A DNA stretch of 64,000 nt. Origin: Clostridia bacterium. Lineage in GTDB: Bacteria; Bacillota; Clostridia; Saccharofermentanales; UBA5734. The stretch covers positions 170,094 to 234,093 of the forward strand of contig JAXGXQ010000002.1 in NCBI GenBank assembly GCA_040772685.1. The letters run 5' to 3'. The position numbers and the translations under genes are program-made. Shown here piece by piece: positions 17,664 to 28,532 of the stretch. The notes beneath the pieces were generated by a model, which was not told where the DNA came from, searched no databases, and saw only the letters and a list, made by a program, of their open reading frames with translations. Position 1 is the stretch's first letter, and the number at the start of each line of letters is the position of its first letter.

Positions 17664-18563
17664 ATGAACCTCGAAAATGTCAAATTGAACCTGGATACGA
17701 AGCTAGTGCTGAATGTCGGGTTCCCTATGGGTAAAACAAATGCCCCCCGGGTTTACAATAAATTATTCAGTGTTCGTGACATGAATGCGATTATGCTGCC
17801 TGTCGAGATTCATAAAGGTGAGCTTAAAAGCTTTATGGAAGCAGTTCGGACATTGAATATTCGTTATTTATGCCCCACGATGCCGCATAAAGCTGACATT
17901 ATTGAGTATCTAGACGATGTAGACGAGTATTCTCGCCTTTTCAAATCGGTAAACGCGATTAGAATAGACGATGAGGGAATATCACATGGAACAGGTATGG
18001 ATGGCAAGGGCGCTGTCCGCGCGTTAACAGATGCCGGGGTGGAACTAGAGGGCCGTGAAGCTATGATGATCGGCGCCGGCAGCATCAGCGGCGTTATCGG
18101 CCTGGAATTGGCACGAAAAGGTGTTCGGAAATTGACACTGTTAAACCGAACCGTTGATAAAGCTGAAACAATCACTCGGATACTGAATGAGCATACTGAT
18201 ATGCAAGCAGACGCAATAGTTTCCAGCCCTGAAAATCTGGACAAGATTTCGAAAACGGCTGACGTTTTATTGCAAGCAACACCTCTAGGGATGGCTGGCT
18301 ATGAGCACACTCATCCTTACCTGGATTTCATCAACCAGTTGCCGGATGACGCAACTGTTTTTGACGTTATTATCAATCCACCGGATACGCCGGTTATTGC
18401 TCGCGCCAAAGCTAGAAATCTGCAAACAGTGCCGGGCATGAACATGCTGGTTGGTCAGATGTCCGAAATTTTTAAGTTTCTTTTTGATGTTACGCTAACA
18501 CGGGAAGACAAAGCTTCCTGCATAGATGAGCTTTGTTCTTACCTTGGATTAAAGATTTCCTGA
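17664..18563 (+). CDS. Shikimate/quinate dehydrogenase-family (AroE/YdiB-like) oxidoreductase
   Basis: N-terminal substrate-domain blocks (NAIMLPVEI, N.RYLCPTMPHK), GTGMDG, Rossmann GAGSISGVIG; 299 aa. Confidence 0.75.
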   Translation: MNLENVKLNLDTKLVLNVGFPMGKTNAPRVYNKLFSVRDMNAIMLPVEIHKGELKSFMEAVRTLNIRYLCPTMPHKADIIEYLDDVDEYSRLFKSVNAIRIDDEGISHGTGMDGKGAVRALTDAGVELEGREAMMIGAGSISGVIGLELARKGVRKLTLLNRTVDKAETITRILNEHTDMQADAIVSSPENLDKISKTADVLLQATPLGMAGYEHTHPYLDFINQLPDDATVFDVIINPPDTPVIARAKARNLQTVPGMNMLVGQMSEIFKFLFDVTLTREDKASCIDELCSYLGLKIS

Positions 18564-18607
18564 TTAGGAAAACTGTCAAATTCCCAAAATAACATGGAGG
18601 AGTCTAA

Positions 18608-19606
18608 ATGCGACATAGTGAAAAAGAAATACTCGATGTGCTATCAAAAACATTGATAAAGAAAGGGATTAATGCCTCTGACGCGCAAGACTGCGCCCAA
18701 CTCCTGCTGGAAAACAGCCTCGATGGCATATACTCGCATGGTGTTAACCGCTTTCCCCGTCTGGTGTCATACCTTGACAAAGGATACATCAAGCCGGATA
18801 AGAAGCCTGTGCTGGTGGAATCGCTGGGTGCGCTGGAAAAATGGGACGGTCAGCTGGGCATGGGCAACACAAATGCGAAGCTAATGATGGAAAGAACGAT
18901 TGAGCTTGCTCATCAATACGGCATAGGCTGCGTTGCACTGCGGAACACGAACCACTGGATGCGCGGCGGTGCCTATGGCCTGCAAGCAGCAGATGCCGGC
19001 TGTATTGGCATTTGCTGGACGAATACACAGCCGAATATGCCTGCCTGGGGTGCTAAAGATCGTAGAATTGGCAATAATCCTTTGATTATGACTGTACCTA
19101 AACCGGATGGCCACATAATGGTTGATGGGGCTATGGCACAGTTTTCATATGGTGCAATTGAAGCTGCGAAAATTGCGGGCCGTGAGCTGCCAGTGCCTGG
19201 CGGGTATGACTCTAAGGGAAACCTGACGCGCGACCCGGCCGAAATCGAAAAAACCTGGCGTGTCCTCCCAATTGGATTCTGGAAAGGCTCGGGGTTCTCT
19301 ATTGCCATGGATCTGATTGCGGCTTGCCTCTCTGACGGGAACACAACCTGCAAAGTTGGCCAATTGAGTGAGGATGAATATTCACTTTCACAGGTGTTCA
19401 TAGCTCTCGATGTCACAAAGGCAACACCAGGATATGCTGACCTGGTCGCCGAAACAGTAGCCGACATACGGGCTTCAGAGCGCATTGACGAAGGGAGTCC
19501 GATCCTTTATCCGGGCGAAAAAGAGTACCAGACGCGTCTGGACAATCTTGCCAATGGTGTGCCGGTCGAGGATTCCGTATGGAAAACAATTTTGAGTTTA
19601 CAGTGA
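18608..19606 (+). CDS. Ldh_2-family YiaK/DlgD-like oxidoreductase, copy 2
   Basis: Protein almost identical to 3539-4543 except L21I and the last ~10 residues. It has its own GGAGG RBS. Confidence 0.8.
   Translation: MRHSEKEILDVLSKTLIKKGINASDAQDCAQLLLENSLDGIYSHGVNRFPRLVSYLDKGYIKPDKKPVLVESLGALEKWDGQLGMGNTNAKLMMERTIELAHQYGIGCVALRNTNHWMRGGAYGLQAADAGCIGICWTNTQPNMPAWGAKDRRIGNNPLIMTVPKPDGHIMVDGAMAQFSYGAIEAAKIAGRELPVPGGYDSKGNLTRDPAEIEKTWRVLPIGFWKGSGFSIAMDLIAACLSDGNTTCKVGQLSEDEYSLSQVFIALDVTKATPGYADLVAETVADIRASERIDEGSPILYPGEKEYQTRLDNLANGVPVEDSVWKTILSLQ
18610..19521 (+). repeat. Partner of the 3541-4452 near-identical repeat
   Basis: See 3541-4452. Confidence 0.85.
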
Positions 19607-19643
19607 AAGATTATAGAAAAACGAAATCAATGAGGTGATTAAA

Positions 19644-20606
19644 ATGACAAGCATTTATCCTGGCTGCAAAATACTAGTTGAAGTTTGCGCTGAATGTAAG
19701 AAAGACGAAAAAATTCTGATTATTACAGATAATTACAGCATGGAAATTGGGATGGCCATGTGGGCTGCGACCGAGGGATACCCCAACAGAAGCATGATTC
19801 TGATGGATGACCGCACTGCCCATGCCGAGGAACCAGCTCCACTAGTAAGAGCGGCAATGATGGAAGCAGATGTTCTCTTCAATGCGACTAAGTTCTCGAT
19901 CAACAATACACAAGCTCGCCAGCTCGCCTGCAAAAATGGCGCCAGAAGTTGTAACATGGCAGATTATTCACTCGAAATGCTGGAAGACAGCGGCCTGTTT
20001 ACAGATTATGAAGAAGCCCGCCGCATGGTCGATCACGTAATAAGCCGTTTACCCGGCAAGGTCGCCCATGTCACAACACCAGGTGGTACTGATTACACCA
20101 CCAACATTGAAGGCGCTGAAGTGTTCCCCCAATATGGACGCAGCTTGGTACCAGGGCAATCGTCTTCACCGCCTGATATCGAAGCAGCGGTTTACGGCCG
20201 TCCGGGCTACGGCGATGGCGTAATTGTGGCGGATGCTTCCATGACACACCCCGATCTTGGCATTGTCGAAGACGATCCTGTAACTATGAAGGTTAAGGAC
20301 GGCACTGTGTACGAAATTACCGGTGGGAAAAACGCTGAAACACTTAACAAGATTCTCGCTCAATATGATGACAAGCGCGTTTATAATGTTGGCGAGATAG
20401 GCGTGGGTCTTAACAAAGCCTGCAAGCTTTCGGGCCGCATGTTGGAGGACGAGGGGATTTATCGCACTGTACACTTGGCGCTTGGCAGTAATGTCTGGAT
20501 TGGCCCTGGCGACTGCGCCTTCCATCTCGATATGATGATGTGGAACCCTACCCTCACAATTGATGACAAAGCAGTATTAAAAGACGGCGAAATTGTCTGG
20601 GACTGA
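19644..20606 (+). CDS. Short M29 (aminopeptidase T/AmpS)-fold protein, NicX-like size class; function unknown
   Basis: 321 aa, with family-like blocks PGGTDYT..., GVIVADAS, EIGVGLN, HLALGSN. Start set at ATG 19644 (GAGGTG RBS). Confidence 0.6.
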   Translation: MTSIYPGCKILVEVCAECKKDEKILIITDNYSMEIGMAMWAATEGYPNRSMILMDDRTAHAEEPAPLVRAAMMEADVLFNATKFSINNTQARQLACKNGARSCNMADYSLEMLEDSGLFTDYEEARRMVDHVISRLPGKVAHVTTPGGTDYTTNIEGAEVFPQYGRSLVPGQSSSPPDIEAAVYGRPGYGDGVIVADASMTHPDLGIVEDDPVTMKVKDGTVYEITGGKNAETLNKILAQYDDKRVYNVGEIGVGLNKACKLSGRMLEDEGIYRTVHLALGSNVWIGPGDCAFHLDMMMWNPTLTIDDKAVLKDGEIVWD

Positions 20607-20682
20607 ATTATTTGCTTGATCGTTGGATTAGGTTGTAAAGACGGAATTCAGATTAGTCAAAAGGGGATTGTTGACAAAAGAG

Positions 20683-20731
20683 AATAAGTGGCGCAGACGG
20701 AGCGATTTCGTTTGTACCACTTATTTTTGTT
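20683..20731 (+). terminator. Rho-independent terminator ending the LacI-controlled operon
   Basis: AATAAGTGG...CCACTTATT outer stem with inner CAGACG/CGTTTG pairing, followed by TTTTGTTT. Confidence 0.65.
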
Positions 20732-21022
20732 TATCATGAACAAGAAAAAAATCGCAAGTATTGGGTCTTTCGTATTGCACGTAAATGCCTATTATTATTA
20801 TGTTAGCAGATAATGGAGTAGAGTAGTACGTATCCAATTATTATCATGCAGAATTAATTGAAAACATTGAGCGTCGGCCGTGTGGTTACGTTATCGCCTG
20901 ACGCCAGGCTGAGAGTGTGTTAAGGTAAAGCTTTAGCGCTTATGATTACCATGAAGAACATTAAAAAATATATCTATGAAAAACATAGCTTATAACTTTA
21001 GCAACCCGAGCGAGGTAACGCA

Positions 21023-21696
21023 ATGACCACAAATGTTTTCGACATTATCGGTCCGGTTATGATCGGTCCTTCAAGTTCGCATACGCGGGTGCTGTCAGGC
21101 TGGGTTTGATTGCCAGGGAAATACTGGGTTCACAGCCAATAAAGGCGATAATTAGTCTGCATGGTTCATTTGCAAAAACCGGCATTGGGCATGGTACCGA
21201 TAAGGCTATCATTGGTGGTCTGCTTGGTTATGCACCTTCTGATCCGCGTATCCACTCAAGCCTGCAAACTGCTACCAAACTTAAACTGTATTACCAATTC
21301 AAGCATGTTGATTTAGGCGACGTACATCCAAACACTGTTTTGATTGAACTTTGGAGTGAGGATGGCAATAAAGCAATTGTACGCGGCTCTTCAATTGGCG
21401 GCGGTGCTGTACAAATTGAGTCGGTTAATGGCATGGAAGTTTCCTTCAGTGCGGAATACAGTACGCTAGTTATTCCCCATAAAGACGAGCCGGGTGTAAT
21501 TGCTGCAGTTACCAGTATACTGGCTGAAAAAAGAGTTAATATTGCCCGGATGAAGATATTCCGTAAGAATCGCGGTGGTGTCGCCTACATGATTATAGAA
21601 ACAGATCAGCCGATAACAGAGGAAACTAACAAGCTGATTGCAGATACTACTGGTGTTATCAGCTCATCAATAATCAAGGCGATTCAACATGATTGA
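21023..21696 (+). pseudogene. sdaAB: L-serine dehydratase beta subunit, frameshifted
   Basis: MTTNVFDIIGPVMIGPSSSH reads in frame from ATG 21023. The expected TAGAVRLGLIAREILG continues only after a 1-nt deletion around 21084-21086; the original frame stops at 21107. The ACT-like C-terminus is intact. Confidence 0.8.
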
Positions 21697-21706
21697 GGAA
21701 AACTTT

Positions 21707-22603
21707 ATGCTGGATTATACGAGCGTTTCCGACCTGGTCAAGTTGGCTGAACATAGCGGCATATCTATCGGTGAAATGGTATTGCACGACCAGGCGCGGC
21801 AGCAGGATCTACCTGTTGAGAAATTTATCGCGCTGATGTCTGAACGGTTGCAAATTATGCGTCAATCGGTCGAAACTGGTTTGCGCTCAGAAGAATTATC
21901 TATCAGTAGCCTTAGTGGCACTTCCGCAGCCAAGATGCACATAGCAAGTATTTCCTCCAAAACCATTTGTGGCCCGATTTTAAGTAAAATGTTGGCTAAA
22001 GCACTGGCAGTTGTGGAGGTCAATGCGCGAATGGGTCAGGTAGTCGCTGCTCCAACTGCAGGTTCTTGCGGCCTTTTGCCTGCTGTAATCCTAACCTTGG
22101 CAGTTGAGCTGCAGTTATCAGAAAAAGAGGCCATTCTGGGATTATTCACAGCCTCGGGTTTGGGACTTGTTGTCGCTAATTGCGCAACAGTGGCAGGGGC
22201 TGAAGGCGGCTGTCAGGCTGTATGCGGCAGTGCTGCAGCAATGGCTGCCGGAGCTGCGATTGCGATGATGGGTGGAAACCCGCGTCAGGTTGCAAATGCA
22301 TTTGCTATTGCCTTGAAGAACAGCCTGGGCCTGATTTGCGATCCGGTTGGCGGTTTGGTCGAAGTCCCTTGTATTAAGCGCAATGCCATCTCTGTTGCCA
22401 ACGCTATGGCTGCCAGTGATATGTCACTGGCGGGTATAGAAAGTGCAATCCCAGCTGACGAAGTAATAGCAGCAATGAAATCCATTGGCGACATGATGCC
22501 TATAGCTCTTAAAGAAACCTCTACCGGCGGTCTGGCCATGACGCCGACAGGGCAAAAGATAGCGGAAAAGATGGTGGAGATGGCGAGCAAACGCAGAAGA
22601 TGA
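21707..22603 (+). CDS. sdaAA: L-serine dehydratase alpha subunit
   Basis: Blocks TAGSCGLLPAV, GAEGGCQAVCGSAAAMAA and CDPVGGLVEVPCIKRNA. ATG 21707 follows a GAGGA RBS; the track start 21689 is also possible. Confidence 0.88.
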   Translation: MLDYTSVSDLVKLAEHSGISIGEMVLHDQARQQDLPVEKFIALMSERLQIMRQSVETGLRSEELSISSLSGTSAAKMHIASISSKTICGPILSKMLAKALAVVEVNARMGQVVAAPTAGSCGLLPAVILTLAVELQLSEKEAILGLFTASGLGLVVANCATVAGAEGGCQAVCGSAAAMAAGAAIAMMGGNPRQVANAFAIALKNSLGLICDPVGGLVEVPCIKRNAISVANAMAASDMSLAGIESAIPADEVIAAMKSIGDMMPIALKETSTGGLAMTPTGQKIAEKMVEMASKRRR

Positions 22604-22899
22604 GTGGTGTTTGCTGTTTAAACAAAGTGATTAGCAACCTCTAATCTTTTAATTGCAAGCTTCTAGTTAGTACTAATGTTAGTTCAAAAAAATAGGGTGG
22701 CATACTCAAATGCTGCTTCATCTGTACAATGGTATTTCTTGTTCCGAAGCATGTTAGAATGCCTGTTGAATTAATCATCCGAATATCCACACCTCATATG
22801 AAAGGAAATTCCAATTAGAGTATCTGGTGACTATTAGATTTCATCAGATAGCAAGAGCAGAAATCATTTACTAACGCAACTGTAAAAGCGCGAGAGGCA

Positions 22900-24074
22900 T
22901 ATGAATTCAAAGGAACGTATTGACAGCATACTTGGCAATGAGGAACCCGATCGTCCCTGTCGGGGAAATGCACATTATGTCTCCCGTAGCTAGCGAAATT
23001 CTTGACGTGAAGCGATTACAGGCGAAGGCGGCTGGACGATCCGTACCATGATGGAGATGCTAGTTAATAACAACCGCGCCGAGTACATCGAACGGCTTTC
23101 AAAAGATACTTATGATGTATTCACCAAAAGCGGCTTGGACCTGATTTGCACTGAACTGGATCCTTCCGCCGATTTGTCGGCAAAAATCTATAAAGATGTT
23201 ACAGCTGACAGTTGGGTAGAAGTGGACGCTGAAACAGGCGCCTGGGCGAAGTTTGTTTATAAAGAGAGTTCAGACACAGCACATGAAGTCGACTCACTCG
23301 AAAAGCAAGGAGAAGATTACGAGGCGATTGAGCAACATCTCGACACGATGGAAAAGCGTGGTTACGATCTGGATGACAGTATGTTCGATTCTACACGTTA
23401 CATGGTTGAACACGCTGGCAAAACGATATGTTCTTTATGGCGAAAATCCCCAACCTCATACCCTCGGGACGCAGTTGGTACACTAAATTCATGGAGATGA
23501 TGTATGTTGAACCTGAGCTGACAGAGCGGTTGTGCGATATCTATCTGCAATACGGTCTTGCCGTTGCTAAAAAGTACGCTGATCTCGGCCTGATTGCGTT
23601 ATGATCGCAACGGATTGGGCTGGTGCGAATGGACCGTTGTTTTCACCGGACATGATTAGAAAATAAGACTGGTTCCACAGATAAAAACAATGTCAGAATA
23701 CTGTCATTCCCGTGGATTGCTTGTGCTCAAGCATACTGACGGCAACATCATGCAATTTGTTGATGACTTTTTCTCTATGGGAATTGATGGCTATCAGAGT
23801 ATTGAGCCATATGCTGGTATGGACATTGGTTTTATCAAGCAAAAATATGGTGACAAGGTTTTACTGATGGGCAATATTGACTGCGCCCGTACACTGCCTT
23901 TTGGCTCAAAGGAAGAAGTTGTCAAGGAAACTATCGAATGCATGAAGCAGGCATTCTCCTGGCGGTGGTCATATCGTTTCGATCAACACTATTGGTTATC
24001 CCACATCCGCGGATAATTTCTTAGCTATGGTAGAGACTGTGCACCGTTTTGGGCAATATCCACTTTCATTATAA
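22900..24074 (+). pseudogene. Uroporphyrinogen decarboxylase (URO-D)/MtaA-family methyltransferase-like gene, several frameshifts
   Basis: MNSKERIDSILGNEEP... then VPVGEMHIMSPVASEIL in another frame. Fragments at 23048-23500 and 23690-24016, with a tail ...GGGHIVSINTIGYPTSADNFLAMVETVHRFGQYPLSL* ending at 24074. Confidence 0.75.
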
Positions 24075-24696
24075 ACGGCGTCAAAATGTCACGATCTCCA
24101 GCTGGCTGGTTTCTTAGCTTCCGTACTGGCTGGTTTCAATTTTGCCAAACGCATTATCTGCAACTTCATTAAATACCAGCGATCATTCTTTAAAATGCGG
24201 ACATCCAAAATTTTTCAAATGATGCCAAAAGTTGCGCTAATTTTGAAACCGCCGTTTCACCTGCTCAAAAGTACAAGAGGCTTACATTTTACTTGTGCTT
24301 TTTGACCATTAATATTGCGATTAGTAACTTAATTGGCGGCAATGACTGGACTCGAAAAAGTTTTCAGACGAAAAAGTATTATAAAGAAACAACGATAAAC
24401 TGCACAACTCATCCCCGCTCAGTGTTGACACATTGACAGGTTTAGATCTCGGATTTACATTGATACTATAAGTAAAAGCAATTGATCTTAATATATTTAA
24501 ATTGAATGCGTTATCCTTTAGCCTAAAGCCGTAGGATTTGCCAGACTTATGTGTTTCTTCATTCTCAACTCTGCAGTACACCGTCATGTCTGCTTTAATT
24601 ACTTTATAGACTTAAGCCTTATCAGAACTCTTGCTCATCGGCAATTTTATTACGTAAAGAAGCTAACTAAAGACACTAGTATGGAGAGTGGTATAA

Positions 24697-26249
24697 ATGA
24701 AAGATGTTCCACTATTAAAAGTTAAAGGTATATCAAAAGGATTTGGTGTTGTTCAAGCGTTGAGCAAGGTCGATTTCGAGTTAAGAAGCGGCGAAGTTCA
24801 CGCTCTAATGGGTGAGAACGGAGCCGGCAAATCAACCTTAGCGAAGATTATCAGCGGCATTGAAATTCCAGACGAAGGTAACATTGAGCTTTGTGGCAAG
24901 CAAGTTACCATAGATAACCCAGCATTCGCGACTGACAATGGAATCTCAATTGTGATGCAGGAATTTAACTCGATGCCGCATCTTACGGTCTATGAAAATA
25001 TCTTTATTGGCCACAAAGAAATATACAAACATGGGATAATCAATAAAAAAGAGGCAATTTCACGCACAGTCGACTTGCTTAAGCTGTTTGACATGCAAGG
25101 TCAAATCAGTCCGCATATGCTGCTATCAGGCTTATCTGTCGCGGAACAACAGATAGTGGAAATATTGAAGGCGGCTCGTACGATTCCCAAATCATAATAA
25201 TGGACGAACCTACAGCCGCGCTAAGCAAAACAGAAGCGGACCGGTTGTTCAGAGTAATTACCAGCCTAAAAGCAAAAGGTGTTGCCTTTATCATTGTTTC
25301 GTACTGCTTCAAGGAAATATTTGAAATTTCAGACCGAATCACGGTTCTCCGCGATGGCAATTTGGTTGTCGAAGGAGACATATGAGTGAAATGACCGAGC
25401 AAAAGCTTGTACGGGCTATGGTAGGTCGCGAAATCAAAGAGTTTTTTGGTGAAAAACGAAATAAGGGGAGACAGATTTCTAAAACACCCGTATTGAGTGT
25501 AGAAGGCTTATACGATAATTACGATTTTCTCAAAAAATATTTCTGTTTAATGCATACGGTGGTGAGATTCTTGGTATCGCTGGCTTAATCGGCGCGGGTC
25601 GCACCTCTCTTGTTCGTAGTATTTTTGGTGCGGACAGTTACAGGCAAGGCAGCGTCAAAGTTAATGGCAAAAGCATCCAAAAGCACTCGCCGGAGAATGC
25701 AATCAAAAACGGCATGGTGTTGGCAACGGAAAACAGAAAGGAGGGAAGGGCCGGGCTTAGTCTTTCAGTTTTGGTCAACATCGCCTTCGCCAAAACGGCG
25801 ACCAGACAAGGCTTTTGGCTGCCGCATCGCGCTGAAGCAAATGATTGTATTGAAATGATAAAAAACCTCAACATAAAGCTCGGTCATTACAGAAATCCAG
25901 CAGCTTAAGCGGTGGTAATCAGCAAAAAGTAGTTATTGCCAAGTGGCTTTTAACTGAGCCAAAAGTGATGATTCTGGACGAACCTACCCGGGGGATCGAT
26001 ATATCGGCAAAATCAGAGATTTACACGATTATTCAGAATTCGGCGCAACAAATGGTGTTGCAATAATTCGTGGTGTCCTCTGAGCTGCCTGAAATACTAG
26101 GAATTTGTGACAGGGTGCTAATTATGAAGGATGGCTCCCTTGTGGGCGATTTAAATGTTAAGGATGGCTTCACAGAAGAGCATGTAATGCAGTATGCTTC
26201 TTTTGCCGAGCGGCGGGTCAGTGAACTTTCAATCAAAAACAGGACTTAA
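24697..26249 (+). pseudogene. Sugar ABC transporter ATPase (RbsA/MglA-like, two-cassette), at least 5 frame breaks
   Basis: Walker A GENGAGKST in fragment 1. SQIIIMDEPTAAL is only readable in a shifted frame at ~25190. Later fragments are at 25200-25385, 25382-25588, 25610 onward, and ...[13 protein letters not shown] at ~25970. Confidence 0.8.
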
Positions 26250-26296
26250 GAACTATACAAAAATGCTATAACATGTGAATCAGGAGGATTCAATCC

Positions 26297-27298
26297 ATGA
26301 GCAATCATACAGCTGACAATGTCGCACGGAACGGCGAAATCTGAAGTATTAGATCTGCCTACTTCAGTCAGAAATAAGCGTCGGCTTGGGAATGATCGCT
26401 TTCTTTGTCTTCATGAGCATCGCGTCTCTTTACTTCCCTGACAGCGCAAAACATGGCCAACATAATGTCGCAGATAGCGATTATAGCGATTTTGTCAATT
26501 GGTCAAACCTACGTCATGCTCACAGGCGGCATCGACCTGTCGACGGGTAATACGCTTGGCATCATCTCAATGTTACTTGCCTTAACCATGCGTGATACGG
26601 GTAGTATTTTTCTGGGTGTAGTGGTTTGTTTGCTCGGAGGAATTTTTATCGGACTGGTAAATGGACTTCTGGTTTCTTATGTAGGAATCCCCGCTTTTAT
26701 TACGACTCTGGGCATGTCCATGATCACCAGAAGTGGGGACTATCTTGTTAGTGGTGGCCGCGCAGTCACGAGGCTGATTCCTGGCTTTGAAAAGCTCACA
26801 GTCTCAGGCTTCGGAATTTTCCCGATTTTACTATTTCGGCGTGGTGATTCTATGGAGTTTTGTAATGGCTTGGATACTGGCCAATACAAAACTAGGCCGT
26901 TACACCTACGCGATTGGTAGTAACGAAAACGCAACCTGCCTGGCAGTGTAAACGTGAAGAGATTCAAGAGCTACACCTACATCATTTCAGGCATCATGTT
27001 CGCCATTGGCGCCAATAATAATTGCCTCGCGTCTGGGGAGCAGACCCGAACTATGGTGATGGCTATGAAATGGATACTCCTTGGCAGCCGTAGTTATTGG
27101 AGGTACTGCGATGACCGCGGCAAAGGCACTTTGCTTGGCACAGGAATCGGTGTTATTTTTCTAGGCCTGATCAAAAACGGGCTAGATATCCTTGGGGTTT
27201 CACCCTATTGGCAGGGGTTGACTGTTGGCGTGATCATCATCCTCAAGCTTGTGATTGATAGAGCCGCTTCTCGAGAAAAGAAACGAAAAATTAGCTGA
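26297..27298 (+). pseudogene. Sugar ABC permease (RbsC-like), frameshifted
   Basis: Fragments 26453-26920 and 26954-27298 carry the typical QTYVMLTGGIDLS and GGTAMTGGKG-like segments split over several frames. Confidence 0.75.
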
Positions 27299-27355
27299 TA
27301 TTTCTTGGGGTTCATCCTCTTCATGAGGATCCAAATATAATAGGAGGTACTTCAA

Positions 27356-28429
27356 ATGTCCAAGAGAAAGATCATTACTATTTGCCTAAGCCTTGTTTTG
27401 GTTTTAGCACTGCTTGCCGGCTGTGGTAGCACAGCAACAACAACAGCTGCTACAACTGCCGGAACAACTGCCGGTACCACTGCAGGGACAACAAAAGGGT
27501 CCGCAGCAGCTACGACAACAACCGCGCCTACAACAACTGCCGCAACAAAGAAGACAATCGCTTACATCACGCCTTCAACAACTGTTCCTTTTTGAACTGG
27601 ACAGAAGAGGGTGTTAAGACTCAATGCGATACCTACGGCTGGGATATGATTACTTATGACTCTAAGGACAGTGCCACAACTCGGCTGACAAACGCTCAAA
27701 ACGCGATTACTCGTAAAGTTGATGCAATCGTGATTTCGCCAACTGACTCCGCCTCATGCGTTTCAGTATTAGCAGAAGCCCAAGCCGCGAAAGTACCGGT
27801 TGTTATTTGCGACATTGGTACAAACTCTTGGTGAATATGTTTCTATGTAGCAACACCAAACTTTGATGGTGCCTATGAAGTTGGTAAATATGTAGCTAAG
27901 TATATCCAAGACACAAACGGCATTAGGTCCGGTAGCTGAAATAATCGTACCTTTGGCCAGATTGAATGGTCAAAACAGACAAGCCGGGTTTAAAAAGGCA
28001 ATGGATGAAGTTGGCATCAAAATGACGACCACGCTTGAGAGCAAGAACTTTACCATTGACGAAGCTGTTTCTCAAACAAAGAATATTGTCACAGCTAACC
28101 CCGGACTAGTATGCCTTTGGGCACATCACTCCCAGGCTACCTTGGGAACAGTATCAGCTTTGAACGAACTAGGCCTGCAAGATAAGGTTTTGGTAGCGGC
28201 TTTTGACGGTGATCCAGATATCGTTGATTATCTGCAAAACGGCAAGGTTCTTGTTTGTGGTGCTCAGCAGCCAAAGAAAATGGGCCGTGAGTCTGTTACC
28301 GCTCTAAAAACACATTTTGATGGCGGCACACCCCAAAAAGAAATTCCTGTGCCGGTACTGTTACTCACCAAAGATAATGTCATGGCAAATCTTGACGCTA
28401 TTGAAAAGGACGTCTGCGGACTTAAGTAA
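27356..28429 (+). pseudogene. Sugar ABC substrate-binding lipoprotein (RbsB-like), frameshifted
   Basis: Lipobox LLAGC plus a Thr/Ala linker. The frame breaks at 27594 (CCTTTTTGAACTGG, where ..TTTTTGGAACTGG is expected) and again near 27835-27950. Confidence 0.8.
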
Positions 28430-28532
28430 CTCAAAACAGATATCTATGAAATAATTGTCAATAAGTAAAGTTGATAAGTCCGGGGTGTCACCCGACATCC
28501 CGGATAATTATTTTCCGGCAAGGAGACTTACC

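Noticed and set aside
20740-21022. Possible riboswitch or T-box in the 280-nt leader of sdaAB, and in the 300-nt leader at 22604-22899 before the URO-D-family gene
   Set aside because: Some local hairpins are present (for example GCGTCGG...CCTGACGC at ~20862-20896). I could not find T-box, glycine, or cobalamin (B12-box) consensus elements, so there is no support beyond length.
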